The notes beneath the pieces were generated by a model. The model saw only the letters and a list, made by a program, of their open reading frames with translations. It searched no databases and was not told where the DNA came from. This document shows positions 55,609 through 64,000 of a DNA stretch of 64,000 nt, piece after piece (the stretch's first letter is position 1; every line of letters starts with the position of its first letter). Both the position numbers and the translations under genes were made by a program. The stretch comes from an uncultured Chloroflexia bacterium (lineage in GTDB: Bacteria; Chloroflexota; Limnocylindria; Limnocylindrales; CSP1-4): contig CAVPIF010000003.1 in NCBI GenBank assembly GCA_963704935.1, positions 1,128,004-1,192,003 on the forward strand. Reading direction: 5' to 3'.

Positions 55609-56670
55609 TCAGCCGGCGGCGGCCGGGATGAGCGCTGCCGCCATGGCCCGGAGGTGGTCCGGCGTGCTCCCGCAGCAGCCCCCGATGATCCGTGCCCCGG
55701 CGTCGCGCATCTCCAGCGCGGTGCCCGCCATCAGCTCCGGGCTGGCGCGGTAGACGGCCTGCATGTCCACGAGCTCGGGCATCCCGGCGTTCGACTTGGC
55801 GACGAGGACGACGTCCGGCGCGGCCGCGTGCATCTTGGCCACGACCGGGGTCAGTTCGTCCGGACCGTTGCCGCAGTTGCCCCCGATGGCGTCCGCGCCC
55901 CAGGCGGCGAGGCTCGCGACGGCGTCCTCCGGCGAGACACCCATCATCGTGTGGCCGCGGGTGTCGAACGTCATCGTCGCCACGAGCGCGATGCCGGGCG
56001 CCGCCAGCCGCACGCCCTGGATGGCGGCCTTGATCTCGCTGAGGTCGGACATCGTCTCGATCCAGATGAGGTCGACCCCGCCGGCCACGAGCGATGCGGC
56101 CTGCTCGCGGAAGACGTCGACCGCCTCGTCGTACTCCAGCGTGCCGAGCGGGGCGACGATCTCGCCGCTCGGACCGATGTCGCCGGCAACGAGGGCCGTG
56201 CCCCCGGCGGCGTTCACCTCGGCGCGGAGCAGGATGGCGGCGGTGCGGTTCAGCTCGTCGACGCGGTCCTGGTTGCCGTGCATGCCCAGGCGCAGCCGGT
56301 TGCCACCGAACGTGTTGGTCATGAGGATGCGGGAGCCGGCGTCGAGGTAGCCGCGATGGATCCGGCGCACGACGTCGGGATGGGCCAGGTTCCACAGCTC
56401 GGGCGGGTCGCCGAACTGGAGGCCGGCCGAGAACAGCATCGTGCCCATCGCGCCGTCGGCGAGGATCGGGCCGCCCTCGTCGAGGAGCTCGCGGAAGCGG
56501 GCGCTGGCCCGGCCGCCGTCGATGGCCAGGCGCGTGGCACGATCCGGGAAGAGCTCGGCGTCGGCATGACGGGATCCGGTCGGGCCCAGGGCCGACGGGC
56601 ACGCCGGTGCGCCTCGCGGGTCGGAGGCGTCGCCGTGGCGACGAGCGGCGCGACGCCGGGGTCGGTCCAT
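55609..56670 (-). CDS. Homocysteine S-methyltransferase domain protein
   Basis: ILADGAMGTMLF..LMTNTFGGN..IETMSD..IGGNCG..GGCCGSTPDH. The start (ATG 56670) is uncertain and may be further downstream. Confidence 0.8.
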   Translation of the reverse strand: MDRPRRRAARRHGDASDPRGAPACPSALGPTGSRHADAELFPDRATRLAIDGGRASARFRELLDEGGPILADGAMGTMLFSAGLQFGDPPELWNLAHPDVVRRIHRGYLDAGSRILMTNTFGGNRLRLGMHGNQDRVDELNRTAAILLRAEVNAAGGTALVAGDIGPSGEIVAPLGTLEYDEAVDVFREQAASLVAGGVDLIWIETMSDLSEIKAAIQGVRLAAPGIALVATMTFDTRGHTMMGVSPEDAVASLAAWGADAIGGNCGNGPDELTPVVAKMHAAAPDVVLVAKSNAGMPELVDMQAVYRASPELMAGTALEMRDAGARIIGGCCGSTPDHLRAMAAALIPAAAG

Positions 56671-56765
56671 GCGGGCATGATACGCATCGCGGCGAATGTG
56701 CCGGCCTCGGGGCGGGCTGGGCCGCGTCGCTTGGCGTGGCGCGCGGCGCCGGCGGGGCGCGCCGC

Positions 56766-56841
56766 GGGCCGCGTCGCTGCGACGCACTTCCACAACAGCT
56801 GCGCGTGGACCCGGCGGGCCGCGTCGCTGCGACGCACTTCC
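56766..56841. repeat. Two 26-nt identical direct repeats (period 50 nt), each containing the palindrome GCGTCGC-t-GCGACGC
   Basis: GGGCCGCGTCGCTGCGACGCACTTCC occurs at 56766 and 56816, with a partial third copy at ~56717. The repeats lie between the divergent methyltransferase and LysE genes. Confidence 0.8.
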
Positions 56842-57083
56842 GGCAACAGCGTGCGCGGACTCGTGCCCAGGACGCACGGGATGCGCTCTGGTCGACGATC
56901 CACGAGGGGTTCATCGCAGATGCGCGTCCTAGCGACGCGCGGAGCCCCAGCCGGGCCGCCCGCGGAGCTCGGCGGGCGCGTCGCTGCCGGAGGCGCCCGG
57001 GGGGCCGCCCGCGGAGCGGCTCGACCACCTGCGTGGGCGACGGGTGGCAGGCGGACGACGCGACATGCGAGGATTCGCCGACC

Positions 57084-57743
57084 ATGGATCCAGCCCTCTT
57101 CCTTCGCGGACTCGTCCTGGGCTTCACCATCGCGGCAGCCGTCGGCCCGATCAGTCTGCTCTGCATCCGCCGAACGCTGGCGGAAGGTCGGACGATCGGC
57201 TTCGCGTCCGGCCTGGGCGTCGCCACGGCCGATGCCACGTACGGTGCGGTCGCGGCCTTCGGCTTGACCGCCGTCACGGACATCCTGGTCGACTGGCGGA
57301 GGGCCCTCGGGCTGGTCGGCGGGGCGTTCCTGCTGTGGGTCGCCTGGCGAACGTTCGGCGCCGTGCCCGGGGTCGCGGCCACCGGGCCCGGCATCGCGGC
57401 CGATGCGGCCGAAGGGGCTGGAGCGAGCGGCCGGCCTCGGCGTGGTCTGGCCGGCGCCTTCCTCTCCACCCTGGGCCTGACCCTCACCAACCCGATGACG
57501 ATCCTGTCGTTCGCCGCGCTGTTCGTCGGGCTGGGCGTGACGGCCGGGGACGCGGCCGGGGCCACCGTCCTCACCCTGGGCGTGTTCGCGGGGTCCGGGG
57601 CGTGGTGGGTCGTGCTCGTCGGCGCGGTGGGTGCCCTCAGATCGCGGATCACGCCGGCCTGGCTTCGCCGCGTGAACCTCGCGTCGGGCCTGCTCATCGG
57701 GGCGTTCGCCGTCGTCGCCATCTGGTCGTCGCTGCCGGGCTGA
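57084..57743 (+). CDS. LysE/RhtB-family amino-acid exporter
   Basis: FLRGLVLGFTIAAAVGPISLLCIRRTL..NPMTILSFAALF. 219 aa. Confidence 0.9.
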   Translation: MDPALFLRGLVLGFTIAAAVGPISLLCIRRTLAEGRTIGFASGLGVATADATYGAVAAFGLTAVTDILVDWRRALGLVGGAFLLWVAWRTFGAVPGVAATGPGIAADAAEGAGASGRPRRGLAGAFLSTLGLTLTNPMTILSFAALFVGLGVTAGDAAGATVLTLGVFAGSGAWWVVLVGAVGALRSRITPAWLRRVNLASGLLIGAFAVVAIWSSLPG

Positions 57744-57796
57744 CGCAGTCGCCGCCAGGCTGACGAAACAGCGCCCGCGCCGGCGGCACGACAGGA

Positions 57797-57873
57797 TGGT
57801 CGGGGAGGCGGGATTCGAACCCGCGATCTCGTGCTCCCAAAGCACGTGCGTTGCCAGGCTACGCTACTCCCCG
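57797..57873 (-). tRNA. tRNA-Pro (anticodon TGG)
   Basis: 77 nt: acceptor CGGGGAG/CTCCCCG, anticodon arm CGTGC-TTTGGGA-GCACG, T arm GCGGG-TTCGAAT-CCCGC, and an encoded CCA. Confidence 0.9.
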
Positions 57874-57943
57874 GGCGACGCTCATTGTGCCTCACCGGAA
57901 CGCCCGGGGGCTGTCGCGATGCCTCGACGACGAGGGTCCGAAG

Positions 57944-57986
57944 GCCGCGCGAGCGCCGCGCGAGCGCCGCGCGAGCGCCGCGCGAC
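57944..57986. repeat. 11-nt tandem repeat (GCCGCGCGAGC, ~3.9 copies)
   Basis: Read directly from the sequence. It lies ~70 nt on the 5' side of tRNA-Pro(TGG). Confidence 0.8.
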
Positions 57987-58199
57987 GGTCGCGACCAGGC
58001 GGCCAGACCAGCCGCGACCAGGCCCGATCTCGCGGCCCGAAGATGCCCCCGGAGACATGACCAAACTCCTACGGGCCGGTTTCCGCGATCGCGGGTACCA
58101 TGGCGACGGCTTCGCTCACCGAGGCCCTGCCCCACCCACCGGGGCCCAGCCCTGCTCACCGGGGCGCGGACCCAGTCGCGAGGGTCCGGGGAGGTTCAG

Positions 58200-59676
58200 A
58201 TGCACCGCCACCTGGCGATCCGTACGATCGCCGTTGCCGCCGTCCTGTTGACGGCCAGCCTTGGATCCGCTCGGCCGACGTCCGCGGCATCCTTCACCGA
58301 CATCGGCTCATCGCCGTACAAGGCCGACATCCTGTGGCTCGTCGCCAACGGCGTTACGAGTGGCTGCAGCCCGACCAAGTTCTGCCCCAAGGACGCGGTG
58401 ACCCGCGAGCAGATGGCCTCGTTCCTGGTCCGCCTGTTCGACATCCCGCCGACCAGCACCAACTACTTCACGGACGACTCGTCGTCCAGCCACCACGCGA
58501 ACATCAACGCGATCGCCAAGGCCGGCATCACGACCGGCTGCGCGACGAAGAAGTTCTGCCCCAAGAGCAAGGTCACCCGCGAGCAGATGGCCACGTTCAT
58601 CGCGCGCGCGGCGGACCTCTCCACGGGTGCGGGACGGAACTACTTCCACGACGACAACTCGAGCAGCCACGAGGACAACATCGACCGGATCGCCGCCGCC
58701 GGCATCGCCAACGGCTGCGCCACGTGGACCTACTGCCCGAAGTCGATGGTCACTCGCGGCCAGATGGCGGCCTTCCTGCATCGGACCGAAGACCCGATCT
58801 CGCCGCCTCCGTACCCGGCGGGCTATGACGCGGTGTACAGCGGCAACGCGAGCGGCAACAGCGACGTGACCTCGTCACTCCGGTCGTTCCTCGAGGGCCA
58901 CGACGGCGACCACGTCGCCCTCGCCGTGAACGGGGTCTACCTGGTCGACCAGCTGATCCTCACCGACCTGCGGAACATCACGATCGACTTCCGCGGCTCA
59001 CGGCTCCAGCAGGACGACGACGAGCCCGATCACGAGGTCCTGCGCATCCGCGAAGGCAAGAACGTGACGCTCAACGATCCGCGGGTCTCCGGCGCCGGGT
59101 ATGGCTGGAACTCGTCCTGGCAGAACGGACACGGCATCTTCATCGAGAGCGGCGACGGCATCACCCTCAACCACCCGATCACCCGCGACACGCGCGGGGA
59201 CGGCATCTACATCAGCTACCGGAACGGGATCAACAGCCCGGCGAAGGACGTCCTGATCACGGCGCCGAGCGTGCAGCGCGCCTCCCGCAGCGGGATCGCC
59301 CCGGTCGCCGGCCAGGTCACCATCCGGGGTGGAAGCGTCGACCAGGTCGGCCTGCATGGCATCAACTTCGAGGTCAACGACTCGACCGGCGCGAACAGCG
59401 TCGTCGGCGTCGTCGACGATGTGCACGTCCGCCGGCGTGGGCGACATCACCGCGATCGACGGCACGTCGTACGCCGTCGCGGCCGGTGGCTACACGAGCT
59501 CGAAGAAGAAGTCGATCCTGGTCCAGAACGTGACCGGCGACCGGCTCATCATGACGATCCGAAATACCACCAGCGTGACCGTCCGCAACAACGTCTCGGA
59601 CAAGAGCACGACCGCGGATTTCCCCGGGTCGAGTTCGGTCACGTTCACCAACAACGTGAGGATCACCAAGAAGTAG
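58200..59676 (+). pseudogene. Secreted protein with three SLH-like repeats and a right-handed beta-helix-like domain, one frameshift as assembled
   Basis: Signal peptide (MHRHLAIRTIAVAAVLLTASLGSARPTSA). Three repeats of F.D..SS.H...I..IA.AGIT.GC....FCPK..VTREQMA.F. The join is at ~59428 (VVDDVHV|SAGVGDITAIDG..) and the protein ends ..NNVRITKK. Confidence 0.75.
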
Positions 59677-59872
59677 CGCAGGCGCCGCGGGCGCCGCGGT
59701 CGACCGTCACGGTCCCAGACGGCAGGCGCGTCAGACGAACCAGACGCCGGGCGATCACTGGCAGGCTGATCGATCGCCCGGCGTCCCCATGTCCGGTTCC
59801 GCGCTAGACTCCGGCCGGACGGGCGCCGCCGCCCTCCACCATCGGAACCAGCCGTGAGGACCACCGCCCGTC

Positions 59873-61249
59873 GTGCACGCCCGTCGGATCCGGCCCGACA
59901 CCGGACGTCTCGACCGTCGCCGCCTCGTCGCGGCGAGCTTCTCCGCCGTGCTCCCCGGGCTGGGCCAGGCGCTCAATCGTCGTCGACAGCTGGCGCTCAC
60001 GTTCCTCGCCCCGTCGGCGGTGCTGCTGGGCGTCATCGCCATCCTGGTCGCCACCCAGTCCCCGGCCCGGCTCGCCGCCTGGATCGCGAACCCGACGGTC
60101 CTCGGCCTGGTCCTGACCCTCAACCTGCTGCTGCTCGTGTGGCGGCTGCTGGCCGTCGGTCAGGCCTTCCTCGACACGCGCTGGCACGGGCCGACCGGTC
60201 GGGCCGGGGTCATGGGGATCGCCCTCATCGCGATCCTGGTCATCCTCCCGCACGGCCTGGCCTACCGCTACGGCACGGCTCTCGGCGACACGTTCGCGCG
60301 GGTCTTCTCCGGCGGGACGCTGGGGGTCACCGGCACGCCGATCGACGACCGCGGTGCGGCCGGTCCGGCCGGGGACGCGCGGGTCAACGTCCTGCTGGTC
60401 GGGGTCGACAAGCTGCCGTGGCGGACGGCCACCCTGACCGACGGGATGATGGTCGTGTCGATGGATCCGGTGGGCAGGACCGTGTCCATCCTGTCGCTCC
60501 CGCGTGACCTCATCGGCGTCCCGCTCGGCAATGGCGACGTCTACGGCCCGAAGCTGAACTCGCTGATGTCCTACGCCGACCGGAACGAGGACGAGTTCCC
60601 GGACGGGGGCCTGGCGGCGCTCCAGGACGCGGTGGGCGCGCTGCTCGGGATCGACATCCACTACTACGCGCGGATCGACTTCTACGGGTTCGTCGACATC
60701 GTCGACGCGGTCGGCGGCGTGGAGGTCAAGGTCGCCCAGGGGTTCTCCGATCCGGAGTACACGAGCTTCGGCCACCCCGATCCGGGCTGGAGCATCAGCG
60801 AGGGCACGCACCGACTCGGCGGCATCGACGCCCTCGCGTACGCGCGAGCTCGCAAGGGCACCGGCGAGAGCGACTTCACCCGGGCGGGACGGCAGCAGCA
60901 GATCCTCATCGCCCTGCGCGACGCGGTGACCCGCGACGGGTCGCTGCTGTGGAAGCTCCCGGAATTGCTGGACCTGGCCGGCAACGTCGTCACGACGAAC
61001 GTCCCCGTGGAGCGCCTGCCCGCACTGGCGGCGGTCGTGGACGAGATCGACGACGACGCCATCGTCCGGGCCGTCATCCGGCATCCGCTGGTGAAGTCGA
61101 AGTCGACCCAGTACGGCTCGTCGCTCATCCCGGACGTCGAGGCGATCCAGGCCGTCGCACGGGATCTGTTCCCACCGCCCGGCGGCGTGCCGCGGCCGTG
61201 GCCCACGCCGAAGGCATCGGGCACCGCCGCGCCGTCGGCGACGCCCTAG
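59873..61249 (+). CDS. LytR-CpsA-Psr (LCP) family cell-envelope phosphotransferase
   Basis: N-terminal TM helices. VLLVGVDK..TDGMMVVSMDP..VSILSLPRDL..ALAYARAR. Confidence 0.9.
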   Translation: MHARRIRPDTGRLDRRRLVAASFSAVLPGLGQALNRRRQLALTFLAPSAVLLGVIAILVATQSPARLAAWIANPTVLGLVLTLNLLLLVWRLLAVGQAFLDTRWHGPTGRAGVMGIALIAILVILPHGLAYRYGTALGDTFARVFSGGTLGVTGTPIDDRGAAGPAGDARVNVLLVGVDKLPWRTATLTDGMMVVSMDPVGRTVSILSLPRDLIGVPLGNGDVYGPKLNSLMSYADRNEDEFPDGGLAALQDAVGALLGIDIHYYARIDFYGFVDIVDAVGGVEVKVAQGFSDPEYTSFGHPDPGWSISEGTHRLGGIDALAYARARKGTGESDFTRAGRQQQILIALRDAVTRDGSLLWKLPELLDLAGNVVTTNVPVERLPALAAVVDEIDDDAIVRAVIRHPLVKSKSTQYGSSLIPDVEAIQAVARDLFPPPGGVPRPWPTPKASGTAAPSATP

Positions 61250-61289
61250 CCGGCCGACCGACCGCCCGGCACCGCGTCGGTCAGGTCGG

Positions 61290-61880
61290 TCAGGGCAGCT
61301 CCGTCTCCCAGCGGCCGGCCACCGGCGACCATCGGGCGAACGCGTCCAGCAGGCGCTCCAGGTCCGGGGCATCCAGCAGCAGGGCGCGATGGACCGGGGC
61401 GACGAACCCGGCCGCGACGGCACGGTCCAGCCAGTGGAGCAGCGCGCCCCAGTAGTCGCCGAGCCCGAGCAGCCCGATCGGCTTCGCGTGGAGTTGCAGC
61501 TGGGCCCAGGAAGTCACCTCGGCCAGCTCCTCCAGGGTGCCGAGGCCACCCGGCAGGGCGATGAATGCGTCGGCGAGTTCGGCCATCACGGCCTTGCGCT
61601 CATGCAGGGAGCCGACGACCCGGAGCTCGGTCAGGCCCGGATGTGCCAGCTCGCGGTCCACGAGGCCCTGCGGGATGACGCCGATCACCTGGCCCCCGGC
61701 CGCGAGGGCCGCGTCCGCGAGCGCGCCCATCAATCCGACCTGCCCGCCACCGTAGACGATGCCGATCCCCCGCCCGGCGAGGCCGCGCCCGACCGACCGC
61801 GCGAGGAGGCGGTACGCCGGATCCGCGCCCGGGCTGGCGCCGCAGAAGACGGCGATGCGGCGGATCGCGACCGGTGACAC
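61290..61880 (-). CDS. LOG-family (TIGR00730) nucleotide phosphoribohydrolase
   Basis: GTG at 61880. IAVFCGAS..VYGGGQVGLMGA..PGGLGTLEEL. Confidence 0.85.
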   Translation of the reverse strand: MSPVAIRRIAVFCGASPGADPAYRLLARSVGRGLAGRGIGIVYGGGQVGLMGALADAALAAGGQVIGVIPQGLVDRELAHPGLTELRVVGSLHERKAVMAELADAFIALPGGLGTLEELAEVTSWAQLQLHAKPIGLLGLGDYWGALLHWLDRAVAAGFVAPVHRALLLDAPDLERLLDAFARWSPVAGRWETELP

Positions 61881-61894
61881 GGCGAGGTCCCCGC

Positions 61895-62551
61895 TCAGAA
61901 GCCGAGCTCGGCGAGGCGCGGCGCCATCCGCCGCGCCGCCCGTGCCCGGTGCGAGATGGCGTGCTTCTCGGCCGGGCTCCACAGCCCCAGGGTCCGGCCT
62001 CCCGGTGGCTCCGACGCCGGCTCGAAGATCGGGTCGTAGCCGAAGCCGCCGGTGCCGCGCGGTCCGGTCGCGATCCGGCCGCGGCACGTCCCGCGGACGC
62101 TGGTCAGCGGCAGCCCGCCCCGGGGACCGGCCTCGCCCGGCATGGCCAGCGCGAGGACGCAGACGTAGCGGGCTCCGCGCCGCTCGGGCGGCAGCCCGGC
62201 GAGGTCCCGGAGGAGCTTCGCGTTGTTGTCCGCGTCCGTCGCCGACTCCCCGGCGAAACGGCGCGTCCGGACGCCCGGGCCGCCGTCCAGGGCGTCCACC
62301 TCCAGGCCGGAATCGTCGGCCAGCGACGGCAGTCCGGTACGTCGTGCGGCGAAGCGGGCCTTGATCGCGGCGTTGGTGGCGAACGTCGTCCCATCCTCCA
62401 CCGGATCGTCGGCGATCCCGAGTTCCTCGAGCGAGACGAGCTCGCCGTGCCGGAGGTCGAGCAACTCCCGCAGCTCGCGCAGCTTGTGCGCGGAATGGGA
62501 CGCCACGACGAGGCGCGGCCGAGGCGTCCGAGGATCGAAGACGGGCGTCAC
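61895..62551 (-). CDS. rdgB: Non-canonical purine NTP pyrophosphatase (RdgB/HAM1)
   Basis: LVVASHSAHKLREL..SLADDSGLEVDAL.GGPGV..GFGYDPIF..KHAISHRARA. The GTG at 62551 lies just after the rph stop. Confidence 0.9.
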   Translation of the reverse strand: MTPVFDPRTPRPRLVVASHSAHKLRELRELLDLRHGELVSLEELGIADDPVEDGTTFATNAAIKARFAARRTGLPSLADDSGLEVDALDGGPGVRTRRFAGESATDADNNAKLLRDLAGLPPERRGARYVCVLALAMPGEAGPRGGLPLTSVRGTCRGRIATGPRGTGGFGYDPIFEPASEPPGGRTLGLWSPAEKHAISHRARAARRMAPRLAELGF

Positions 62552-62553
62552 GG

Positions 62554-63291
62554 TCAGCGACGGACCGTGGCCAGGACCTCGGCCTGGGCAGCGAACAGCC
62601 GGGTCAGGCCCTCGTCGGCGAGGTCGAGCATCGCATCGGCGCCGGCGCGATCGAACGGTCGCCCCTCGGCGGTCCCCTGGAGCTCGACGTACGTCCCCGC
62701 ATCCGTGCCGACGACGTTGAAGTCGACCTCCGCCCGGGAATCCTCGCTGTAGTCCAGGTCGAGGATCGTCAGGCCGTCGACGACGCCGACGGAGACGGCC
62801 GCGACATGGCCGGTCAGGTGGCGCTCCATCCCGAACGTGATGAGCGCCGCGGCCAGGGCGACGTAGCCGCCGGTGATCGAGGCCGTGCGCGTGCCTCCGT
62901 CCGCCTGGAGCACGTCGCAATCGACCGTGATCGTCCGCTCGCCGATCCGGGTGAGATCCACGATCCCGCGCAGCGACCGGCCGATGAGTCGCTGGATCTC
63001 GTGGGTCCGCCCGCCGATCCGGCCCTTGGCCGATTCGCGGTCGGTCCGCTCCGCGGTGGCCCGCGGCAGCATCGAGTACTCGGCGGTCACCCAGCCGGTG
63101 CCTTTGCCGCGCAGGTGGGGCGGGACCCGGTCGACGATCGTCGCCGCGCACAGGACCTGGGTGTCACCGAACCGGACCATGCACGAGCCCTCTGCCCATT
63201 TCTGGACGCCGAGCTGGAAGCTGATGGGCCGCAGGTCGCGGGGACCCCGTCCGTCCGCCCGGACGGTGGGGGGTCGATTGCCGATGGTCAT
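62554..63291 (-). CDS. rph: Ribonuclease PH
   Basis: [48 protein letters not shown]. The ATG overlaps the mazG stop (ATGA). Confidence 0.95.
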   Translation of the reverse strand: MTIGNRPPTVRADGRGPRDLRPISFQLGVQKWAEGSCMVRFGDTQVLCAATIVDRVPPHLRGKGTGWVTAEYSMLPRATAERTDRESAKGRIGGRTHEIQRLIGRSLRGIVDLTRIGERTITVDCDVLQADGGTRTASITGGYVALAAALITFGMERHLTGHVAAVSVGVVDGLTILDLDYSEDSRAEVDFNVVGTDAGTYVELQGTAEGRPFDRAGADAMLDLADEGLTRLFAAQAEVLATVRR

Positions 63292-64000
63292 GAGGTCATC
63301 CTCTCTTCCGCCTTGGCGGTGTCCCACAGCGCGTCGAGCGCATCGAGATCGAGATCCCGCAGGGCGACGCCGCGCTCGGCGGCCTGCCGTTCGACGCTGC
63401 CGAATCGTCGGCGGAACTTGCCGTTCGCGGACCGGACGGCCGCCTCGGCGTCCACGCCCTGCTTGCGGGCCACGTTGACGAGCACGAACAGCAGGTCGCC
63501 GAACTCCTCTGCCCAGGCCGCGGGGTCACCGCGGGTCGCCGCCTCGCGCAATTCGTCCGTCTCCTCCACGACCTTGTCCAGCACGCCGTCCAGGCTGGGC
63601 CAGTCGTAGCCCAGGTGAGCAGCTCGCTCCTGCATCTCCTGGCTGGCGGCGAGCGCCGGCAGCGACCGGGAGATGCCGTCGAGGGCTCCGGCCTCGTCCG
63701 CCGCATCGGTCCGCTCGTCCGCCTTGATCCGTTCCCACTGGCGGTTCACGTCGGACGCGGTCCGTGCCTCCGCCTCACCGAACACGTGCGGGTGGCGGCG
63801 GACGATCTTCGTGGCGATGGCGGCCTGCACGTCGGCGAGGTCGAATACGCCGGCCTCCGCGGCCAGCTGCGCATGGAGCACGACCTGGAGGAGCAGGTCC
63901 CCGAGCTCGCCAGCCAGGCCCGGGGTCGCTCCGGCCTCCAGCGCGTCGTAGACCTCGTAGGCCTCTTCCAGGAGGTGGCTGCGCAGCGACGCGTGGGTCT
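63288..64000 (-). CDS. mazG: MazG-family nucleoside triphosphate pyrophosphohydrolase (5' end beyond the window)
   Basis: [57 protein letters not shown]. The frame is open to the window edge. Confidence 0.9.
   Translation of the reverse strand, partial: THASLRSHLLEEAYEVYDALEAGATPGLAGELGDLLLQVVLHAQLAAEAGVFDLADVQAAIATKIVRRHPHVFGEAEARTASDVNRQWERIKADERTDAADEAGALDGISRSLPALAASQEMQERAAHLGYDWPSLDGVLDKVVEETDELREAATRGDPAAWAEEFGDLLFVLVNVARKQGVDAEAAVRSANGKFRRRFGSVERQAAERGVALRDLDLDALDALWDTAKAEERMTS

Noticed and set aside
54581-58159. A 1192-aa ORF on the minus strand, the longest in the track
   Set aside because: Only its C-terminal ~300 residues look like a real protein (the LLM oxidoreductase). The rest is Arg/Pro/Ala-rich read-through typical of high-GC DNA. 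It crosses the homocysteine methyltransferase gene in another frame, the LysE gene in antisense and the tRNA-Pro(TGG) gene.

Overview
High-GC (actinobacterial-type) window with three parts. (1) 1-11.8 kb looks chromosomal and is rich in c-di-GMP signalling genes: a PAS/GAF/EAL protein, a hybrid histidine kinase and a REC-GGDEF regulator. The kinase/regulator module is bracketed by two direct copies of a ~245-bp structured repeat. (2) ~11.8-43.45 kb is a highly mosaic accessory region ending at tRNA-Pro(CGG). The last 16 nt of that tRNA recur three more times (18376, 27077, 38368). These repeats split the region into three tandem island-like units (8.7, 11.3, 5.1 kb) that share one layout: att repeat, small LuxR/GerE gene, short cargo modules separated by 3' fragments of the same LuxR gene, a conserved junction block, a five-gene phage-type lysis cassette, then regulator/membrane cargo. 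Two units end with an HNH, Zn-ribbon ORF and Fic module. I recognise no integrase, transposase, replication or virion gene anywhere in the array. Large internal duplications are present: a 2.55-kb HNH/Fic/att/LuxR segment with a 1.57-kb identical core, a 1.22-kb Kelch lipoprotein gene, and three lysis cassettes. Toxin-antitoxin loci are also present (vapBC; an RHH antitoxin with a Doc stub). (3) 43.5-64 kb is housekeeping-like: MFS transporters, type III glutamine synthetase, ResB, a PLP enzyme, homocysteine methyltransferase, LysE, tRNA-Pro(TGG), LCP, LOG, rdgB, rph and mazG. Many genes here need 1-nt frame corrections, so indel errors in the assembly are a real possibility. That tempers every pseudogene call. 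All similarity statements are by-eye motif recognition; no searches were run.
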